From: the human T2T-CHM13v2.0 reference genome, Homo sapiens | Length of the DNA: 64,000 bases | Assembly (NCBI RefSeq): GCF_009914755.1 | Contig: NC_060932.1 | Reading direction: 5' to 3' (one strand) | Part shown: one piece after another, positions 55,144 through 64,000 of the stretch | How positions within the stretch are numbered: the first letter of the stretch is position 1 | Layout of the letters: each line of letters starts with the position of its first letter | Program-made: the position numbers and the translations under genes | The notes under the pieces: generated by a model | What the model saw: only the letters and a program-made list of their open reading frames with translations | Database searches by the model: none | Told to the model about the DNA's origin: nothing

Positions 55144-56912
55144 TTTTGTTGTTGTTTCTTAACTCCCATATAGGTACAAGGTGAAAAAATTCTGCTCTAT
55201 TGCATTACTATAGCTGGGATGTCTCCAATTATGTCCAATAAATGTACACAAATTTTGGTAGCAATGAATGTCAATATTTATTAACAGAGATAGCTATTAT
55301 CAGAAAGGAAGTGGGAGTCAAACTTTACCTCAAAAAATTCTCTTCATATTCATCAATTATGAAGTGGCCATTGGAACATTTTGTGAATTGTCAGATTGTT
55401 GGGAAAACATATCAATGTATTTTTCATTCTATCCCTAAATGTCTTAATTTAAGTATCTATTTCCAAAACTGCTATTTAAGTATGGCTAGGAATTGGAGGT
55501 TCATAAAATGTCCTTCGCCCCTCAATACACCATGGTACAGAAGATATTATTGTTTGTTATCATACCGTCTCATCAGAACAAAACTTTTTTGCTCAGTTTG
55601 GCTGCAGGCAATAGACATGCAGATATAGTGCCATAATCTATGATCAAATCACTAACTCTGCTCCAGATTATAGTGTCATTGACTTTGGAGAAGGCTTTCC
55701 ATTTTGTTATAAAACATTTCCAGCCATCTGAGGCAAGGACCTTTTCTACCTGATCAAAATGGAGGTTTTGATTAAATTAGTAAATTAGAAGAATTTACCT
55801 GGATATCTCCTGAGAGAAGTCCTGCAGTAAACAAAGATAATAACCTAATACAGCATTCAGACAAAACCATTTAATTATGTTCAAGTGCTATTTCTTCAAC
55901 TTAATTCACAAGGAGTCTACTTTTCTGTCAAATACCTGTTAACATTCCAACAACTAGTCTTCCAAGGAACATACACACTTTCAAAAAACATTGGCATAGT
56001 GTTCATATAGCACACCCAGGCAACGATCATCCAAGGAATAATCCAAGCCAAACGATGAGGGAAGAAAAGGCTAAAACTTTTCGCTGTAGGGTAGTTGAAT
56101 TCTCAATTCATAATACAGTAACAACAACAAAAAAAGATGTTGTAAGTAAAATCGTATATAAGTAAAAACTGAACATTCTTGGCATTTAAATAACCATAAA
56201 CACACAATTTTTAAATTTTGTCTTTTGGAGGAGCCATGTTGAAGTAGCCTACCTGTATTATAACTTTTAATACAAATTCATTCTAATGATGATCCAATGG
56301 TTTGAAAATTTTTACTTCCCTCCTTCAAGAATGCTATACTTCTAATAAGCAGGACAAATCTGGAGAGATCCTGCATTATTATGTTCTATTGATTTATATT
56401 CCATTTTTTCTGGCAACATGAACATATTCAAATAATTGAAAGATTCAGGATTTACTTTAATTCACTTAGCACTTAAGACATTTCCCAGTTTTTGGAATGT
56501 GAGCACAATAACAGCAGTAGGCTTCTGCAACACTTTCAAATTCTTATGAACTGGGAAAAGAAGGCTGACTCTATGATCTAATTAAATAAAATGGACAACT
56601 GCTTTGCAATTCTGGCTTGAGATTTTGATGAATTATGAGGATGCATATATAAGTAAATTTTTTAAAAGTATTTAAGAATGAATGTAAAGTCTGCTTTCCT
56701 CCCATAATTTGTGCTTTACTCTAGATAGTCACTCTTGTAAATAAATGAAAATATTTTACATATTCCTAGGACATAGTAAGAACTCAATAAACATGAAATA
56801 CTACTATTATTAATCATTATTATCAGACATTTACTGTACGTTTTTTGTTAAAAAAAAAAAAAAACAAAAAACAAAAACCTGAGTGGCTATGTAAAACAAT
56901 TGAATCTGTAAC

Positions 56913-57204
56913 TTTTTCTTGAGATGGGGCCTTGCTCTATTGCCCAGGCTGGAGTACAGTGGCAAGATCATAGCTCAGTACAGCCTTGACCTCCTGGGCT
57001 TAAGGGATCCTCACGCCGCAGCCTCCAGAGTAGCTGGGACCACAGGCACATGCCACCACACCCAGCTAATTTGTTTTAATTTTTTGTAGAGACGGTGGTC
57101 TTGCTATGTTGCACTGGCTAGTCTCAAACTCCTGGGCTCAAGTGATCCCCCCACCCTGGCTTCCCAAAGTGTTGGGATTACAGGTATGAGCCACTGCACC
57201 CAGC
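56913..57204 (-). mobile_element. AluJ (Jo/Jr-like)
   Basis: gatcatagctca, ctcctgggctcaagtgatcc; TSD aatctgtaacttttt / aatttgtaacttttt. Confidence 0.93.
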
Positions 57205-58476
57205 ATAATTTGTAACTTTTTGATCTGAATGTTAAACTTGTTGAACCCCAGAGCTCTCCTGTGGGCACCACATAATATTAATTGAATTAATTGTATTGAT
57301 CACTGGACCTGTGCTTTGGGGAAGTAGCTGCCATTGGTCTCTTATGTGTTCTCTAGATCCTTCAGCCCTGTTGCCTGGAACCAACCTGTTGATGAATAAA
57401 ACCTATTCTCTCTGAATGAAAAAGTTGTTCAAAACACCTGGAGTGGTCCATACCAATTACACATGACATGAGTCCTCTGCTCAAAGCTTCCTCTCATCAC
57501 TCCACATGTGATTGCTTCGTGTCAATGAACTTTAGTGTACTTCAATTTCCTAGCAATCAATATTGATACAAAACAGTCTAACAATGTAATGACTGTTTGT
57601 TATGAAAGTCAATCAAAGGAGCAGAGATGTAGAATGTACTCCCTGAGTGACAAGTTATTCTGACAGGAGGATATTTCCATGTTTAACAATCCATCTCTGC
57701 CTCATTCAGGAAGTTGATCTCCCTGCCGAAGGTGTTGCTGAAATATTGAATGGAAAAATGTGCAAAGCGAAGACGGCTCCTCCCTATAGTAGGAAATACG
57801 GAAACACATGATCAGACATCTGTGAAGTGACTGAAATGTGTTTTCCTCCACTCTGTCTTATATAAACGTCCCCCTCTGAAACCATTTTATAAATAAGAAT
57901 AAAATTGCTCTTAGATTCTTCTAGAATATTTGAACCTGACTTTTTTTGAAATAAGTCCCATGAAAGGAAATGGGAAAACAGCATTCCAATAGCAATATAT
58001 GAGCCCTAAGAGGACAATTCAAATATAAGAAATATTATGTGGGAGAATTAAATATCCTTTTTTAAAAAATTAAAAACTGCTTGAATTCAGAAATGGATAC
58101 TAAAAGAAACAAGGCAGATAAAATGTTAGGATTTATATTGAAAAAATAAAGCCAAAAACTGAAATCAAGATTATTTTACTGTCTAATATTTTGTCATGGA
58201 TGATATTCCTTCTAATACAAAAAGTTTAAAACAAATTATTTTCTGGGCTTGTAATAAATTCTTCTGTGGTGTGTTTAATATTTATTATAGACTACCTTGA
58301 ATAAATGAATCTCACCAAAATCTCAAGTCAGGATAAAAATGAGCTGCTTTACAAAGATTACCCCCGGGGAAGTGTAAGAGGCAACTTACTTTATAAATAC
58401 TGTGAAGACTTGAGGTTTGGATGGTGGTTTTCTTTTTTGTATTCACTGAGTAACACAACTTTTTACAAATATTTTT

Positions 58477-58486
58477 GGAAATTCCC
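58477..58486 (-). promoter_or_regulatory. Canonical NF-kB motif GGGAATTTCC (function untested)
   Basis: ggaaattccc on + matches GGGRNYYYCC on -; lies in repeat-poor sequence. Confidence 0.35.
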
Positions 58487-59662
58487 ACGCAGCTGCTGGG
58501 GAAAATATTCCCCTACTATCGAAGTAAGAATATACAGAAATGGCATGCTCCTTTATTAAACTAGGCTTCACACACTCTTTTCCACATTTCCCTACTCATC
58601 ACTAACTCACAACAATTTTTTAGTTAAAAGTCTTATCTTTACCATATGAAAGGTTTATCAGACAAGGAGGCAACCATAAAGATCAGCTCGGTCAACATAG
58701 AGGCTGGAAGAATTCGGGGTGAGAGTTGATAATGTTCTCAATAAAATTATAGGTTACATTAAAATCTTGTTATGTAGTATCGAATCATGTGAAAAACACA
58801 CGATTCAGTTTGAAAAACATAATAATTTTAGCACCAGCCTCCCAGTTTGGAATTTGTCTATTAATACTTCTAATCGCTTTTTCTCTTTTCTTCTTGGATA
58901 ACAAGAGTTAAAACTGAGATTTCTCTTCAATTTCGGCTTGAGCTGAACCAGGAAGTGAGGGATGAAAGAGGAGTCTATGCTGTTTACTACCTTTTTCTAA
59001 CAAAGCCTTTGAAAATATCTTTCCTATTTGGCTCCCTGGTTAAATACTTACTCGGGGCCAAAGCACACACCTGCTGACTTATTTCTCTAATTCACATTAT
59101 AGCATTCTCAACAATTCTGCAGCCTTCCTGCTTGCCCTTAAAGTCCTGCTCCAGGTTATTTGCTCTGACTCTGTTTTCTCAGCATGCTTAATAGGACACG
59201 CACAGATGCTATCAACGGCCTTATTTAATCCTTTGCTGGTGCTATGCAATTCGGAAAAAAAAAAAGTATTGTACACAACTTGAAACCAAATTAAATTTGC
59301 CCTTCAGTTTGTAAAAGCCCTGAAGATTCTGAGATGGAAAGTTCGAGCAAAAGTGAGAGTCTCTAACTTTTATGTCATATCTTATGAACTATTGGAGGAA
59401 GGTAAGTTATTAAGCTCTCCCTGTTTGGTCTGCACAGAATAAGTAGGAGAAAATTCTATCTCCCTACCTACATTTTATTCATTCCTTTGTCTCTCTGACC
59501 TCTCTAAGCACCTCTGGAGAAGAGAAATTAGCAGGAAATGTTGGCAGTCTGATCACTTGTGTGTGCACCTGAGGTTATTACGAGTATTCTGAATGTGAAC
59601 TGCTGTTGTAAGCACTGCACACACCTTATAGAAGAGGCCAGGGAGGTGTAGAAAGACCTTGC

Positions 59663-59968
59663 TTTTTTAAAATTTTTTTTGAGATGGAGTCTCACTCTGT
59701 CGCCCAGGCTGGAGTGCAGTGGTGCGATCTCGGCTCACTGAAAGCTCTGCCTCCCGGGTTGACGCCATTCTCCTGCCTCAGCCTCCCGAGTAGCTGAAAC
59801 TACAGGCGCTTGCCACAACGCCTGGCTAATTTTTTTTTTTTTTTTTTTTTTTTTTTAGTAGAGACAGAGTTTCACCGTGTTAGCCAGGATGGTCTTGATC
59901 TCCTGACCTCGTGATCAGCCCACCTCTCAAAGTGCTGAGATTACAGGCGTGAGCCACCGCGCCCAGCC
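59663..59968 (-). mobile_element. AluY with an expanded central A-tract
   Basis: acgccattctcc, caccgtgttagccaggatgg, gacctcgtgatc; central T27 at 59830-59856. Confidence 0.95.
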
Positions 59969-60134
59969 TCCTTTTGCCAGAAATACAGGTTTCTTGCACC
60001 TTCTTCTCTGACAGAAAAAAGAAAAAAAAATAGGTCTCTCTAGCTGATTCCAATTGCAGAAAAGTAGGAAAAACAATACCCGTGAGTACCTATATATCTA
60101 TGACCTAGATTTACCACCAAATGGTAAATCTATA

Positions 60135-60950
60135 TATGTGCCCACATTTCTGAATTATTTGTACAAGTTACAAACATAAACTTCACCCCAAAACACTTCT
60201 CCCATGCATCATCAAAGAACATTCTTCTATATAACCATATTCCCCCCTAACTGTACATAGACATAATAATATTATTTAACATACATATTCCACATTCAGA
60301 TTTCCCCAACTTGTCTCACATTTTCTCTGATTTGGGATCCATTCAAGAATTATGGATTGCATTTAATTGACATATCTTCTTCTCTTATCTTTCATGACAC
60401 TGAACATTTTCAGGAATCTTGGCAAACTGTCAGGTAAAGCAATCTATTATCTGTGTTTGTCCATTTGTTTCCTTGGTATTAGGTTTAATATTCTTCCATG
60501 GATACAACATAAATAATGTTGTGTTCTTCCCATTTTATTGTCTTAGGAACCACATGCTACCAGTTGTGCTATTATTGATGATGCTAATTTGAGTCACTTG
60601 GTTGAGACAATCAATGTCTGCCAGATCTTCTCATTGTAAAAGAGGATTTTTTTCTTTGTAATTAGTAAGTAATCTGTAGGGTGATACTATAAGACCATAT
60701 GAATGTTGTTCTCTAGCGACAATGTGCTCAGTAGTTTTACCATCCATTGATGATCTTTGTCTCAGGTAATTATTACATTAAGATGGCCATTTTCCAGTTT
60801 TGTCATTCCCCCTCCACTCACAAGCTGGTATTCTTCTGTAAAAATAATGTCCTTCTTTCTCTCTTCTTTTTCTTCTTGTTGAGTAGCACTATGGGTAGAG
60901 GAATCTTTCTTAATTCAATAAAATGTAACACTTAGTGTATATAAAATGTA
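60135..60950 (-). mobile_element. Old L1MC/L1ME 3' UTR fragment
   Basis: ccacattcagatttcccca, gattgcatttaattg, ttgatgatgctaatttgagtcacttggtt, tttgtaattagtaagtaatctgtagggtgatact. Confidence 0.75.
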
Positions 60951-61860
60951 TGACTATATAAAAAGATGACTTTTATTTATTAAAATTATTAATTCTGAAA
61001 CTCATACCTAGACTCATTTTGCATTCTTTTTAAATCAGTGTTCTCAACCAATACAGAACTCCTGAAATATTTATTTCATGCTTATATAGTTGCAAGGTTT
61101 TCAAAACAGACATGAAGAGAAACAAGATCTTTGTTTCTTGGAATTCAATATACTAATCAGATGGCCAGTGGTTATGGGAATTTTCACTTATAGAGAAAAC
61201 AGAACCAAGCATAGAATTTGGCAATTTAGACCATGACAGTCCTTTGCAATTGCAAAAAAAGCCCCAAAAGTCTTCCATATTGAGAAGGAGAGTTCGCTGG
61301 AAAGATAAAAATAAGAAACTGATTAACTGAAATGAAAACAGAAAAAAATCCAAAGAACCAGCCAACACACTAATAAAAGAAACCCAGAAGCAATCAAAAA
61401 GCATAATTTGACTTGTATAGGCTTATAAGAGTGCTGATGGTGAACGGTACATTTTTAATAAGAAAACCAGATGTGACATACATTTTATCCAATTCATCCT
61501 TTTTTTTCTTGGCCTGCTGCAATTGCATAGTTCCAAAACCAAACTACTATTTCAAGATGGCAGTCTTCTTCCACATAATTTTAGGTAACTTTTAAAGGAG
61601 TGAAAAAACAAATAGGGTTACTTTTCTAAATTACAGAATTTAGAATATTTTCACAGAAAAGTTCATCTACTCTTAGAGTCCAATCTATTTTCTAAAAAAT
61701 GTCCCTCGCTTAAAAAGATGACAAAAGTTCAAGAGTTCCTTAGTTATTACTTGTTTGCTGCAACTCTCATTTCCTAAAAATTATTCTATCATTTTTTGAC
61801 TGTGAAATAGTATATGCAATGTTGTGTGTACAAGTTTCTTTTTTAAAAAAAGGAGTGCCA

Positions 61861-62026
61861 GAAAGAGAAAAAGAAAGAGTGAGAGAGAGAAAAAAGAGAG
61901 AGAGAGATTGAGAAAGAGAGGAGGGAAGGAAGGAAGGAAGGAAGGAAGGAAGGAAGGAAGGAAGGAAGGAAGGAAGGAAGGAAAGAAAGAAAGGAGGGAG
62001 GGAGGGAGGGGAGGGGAGGGAGAAAG
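61861..62026 (+). repeat. Polypurine tract containing a perfect (GGAA)15
   Basis: GGAA x15 at 61924-61983, flanked by GA and GGGA repeats. Confidence 0.95.
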
Positions 62027-62389
62027 AATCCTTCTGTTTCAGGGTACCAACAAAGTCAAGTTAAAGTGATAAACACCATACTGGATGGGTTCAAGCTATT
62101 GCAGGTAGAATGCAAAGCAGGTGTATATTCAAGACGGAAACTGAATTTCCTGGAGTGTGTTACTGTTTCCATACTGGGGAAGTGGCATAAATGGTTTATG
62201 AAAGAGAGGGAGGGAGACAAAGTTAGCAAGAGAGTTTCAATATGTAAAGGGCAGACAGAGATGGGATAGTTCTTGAGTACTAAATGAGTATCATCCAAAG
62301 AAGAAACTAATATAAGAGGTTAGAAAAGAAAATCAAAAGATAACAATTTTAAATTACCAAGAATTGAAAGCAGAATAATTCGAGGCAGT

Positions 62390-62580
62390 AATAATAACAA
62401 ATGTAATTTATTGGATTTGAATCATCCTCCAGCACTTCACATAGTTATCTCTTTTAATCCCAACACCAGCCCTGCAAAACAGGTGTTATCATTCCCATTT
62501 TACAGATTAGGAATCTGAGGTTCACAGACATTCTCTTATGTGCCTAAGTTTCTAAATGAGGAATGTGAGGTTCCCAAAAT
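62390..62580 (-). mobile_element. MIR
   Basis: tttaatcccaacaccagccctgcaa...attcccattttacagattaggaatctgagg. Confidence 0.75.
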
Positions 62581-64000
62581 ATACTTCCTTCACTGAGGAA
62601 CATTCCCCTGGTGAATGATGATGCTGGGTGTCTGATTCCAGTACATGCCCTCATCGAAGCCCAGCTGCATCAACCCACTTAACAGTGTGGGTGGGTGGCT
62701 GATTAGTGGTGTTCCACCTAGAAATAAAGCTAAGGAGAAGAACAGAACTTCGTGAGGTTCACAGTCAACCTGCACAGGCCCACATTACATGGCTACTAAT
62801 GTGCTTAACTGGCTTCCTGAGGGAATGCAGGCTGCTATGTCCAGAAATGAGGCCCCAAAACACAATTTCTAAAATTGCATAATATAGGTGTATATATTTA
62901 TAAGGTGATTATAAATAGCTAAAATGAAATGTAGTGTGGTTCAAACTGAATTATTATGAGTCATGTATTATCTATCAGGTCTTCTTTTGAAAGATGCTTT
63001 GACATTGCACGTTCTGATTACTAGTTCTCTTCCTGGGTATAACTGCGGTGCCCTTGTTTAAACAAATAGCAGTGAATGCCATGAATTCAGGGAAATGTTT
63101 GCAGTGAATTAGGGCTTAGGATTGTTCTTTGCATTGGTCCCATTCCAGGAAGTAACTGACTCATTTTATAATGGAATCGTCCTAAAAGGATAAATCAGGG
63201 TGACCCACTTGGAGTCTTTTAAAACAATGGCTACATCTCTACATTTCTAAAAAGAAAAACAACCTGGAACATCCTAAATCAGAACCATGCCCAGAAACAA
63301 AAAGATCTGCCTCAGAAAAGAGGGTGAGTCCGGGGAGGCATTTCATACCCTGTCATGTCAAGTTGATGATAATTGGTTTTACCTGGCACTCCCACCAAAG
63401 CCGTATCATTCATTACCTTGTCAGAATAAATCTACCTGCCGTGTCACAGGTTTGATTAAGAAGCCCTTACAATTTTGTAATAGCACCTTAGCCTGAATTT
63501 GTGTACACTTCTTCATAAAAATGGATGCTTTCAGATTACATACTGCTGGGACTGGGTGTTCTCATTGTAAACAGTAGTCTTACGAACTTAGGCTGGCATC
63601 AAAACCGGCCTTGTGTGCTACTGAGATGTCTTCAACTTAATCCCAGAGGTTTAATATCATTGCCCACAGGAGAAATAAGGTACCTAGAATTGCTAGCAGA
63701 GTGAGTACCGTTTCAGTCATGCCCTGTTACTGTTATGCTAGATTTTTAAATTTTAACTTTTTTTCTTTCTCTCTCTCTCTCTTTTTTTTTTTAAGGCATC
63801 AGCATGTGTCATATCAAGGCTTCAGAACGCTTTGCTCCACATGGCAATGAAAGTGTTTACCAAGTTTGAGTTGTTTGTGCCCATAAAATGCAGTAGAAAT
63901 CTGAACTCTGCCTCATTTTCAGAGCATGGCTACCAACTGGCCTCTGTAGGAGCCCATGTGGTTGGAAAGAAATACTAAAGTTATTTGGACTTGAAAGCTT

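Noticed and set aside
62612-62706. C/D box snoRNA (ATGATGA...CTGA)
   Set aside because: No clear terminal stem or recognisable rRNA/snRNA guide; the boxes are short enough to be chance

Overview
AT-rich, CpG-poor primate (human-like) non-coding DNA, either intergenic or deep intronic. I recognise no protein-coding exon, RNA gene, CpG island or CRISPR array, and I cannot name the locus. The ORF track consists of chance ORFs and decayed transposon frames. The window holds eight Alus (J, S and Y lineages), a TSD-flanked 5'-truncated L1PA, older L1M pieces, a near-full-length Tigger1, MER58A and MER5-like elements, MaLR LTRs, many MIR/L2 fossils and several microsatellites. Subfamily names come from my recollection of consensus sequences, not from a search. 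Four structures stand out. (1) Two 76-bp locally templated copies lie 41 bp apart at the end of an MST LTR, one inverted from 0.5 kb upstream and one direct from 1.5 kb downstream. (2) A ~520-bp non-TE polyadenylated insert has a perfect 19-bp target-site duplication, consistent with an orphan transduction or retrocopy. (3) An RTE-clade endonuclease fossil is still readable. (4) The L1 appears to carry a 15-nt 3' transduction. I see no evidence for a new multi-gene system.
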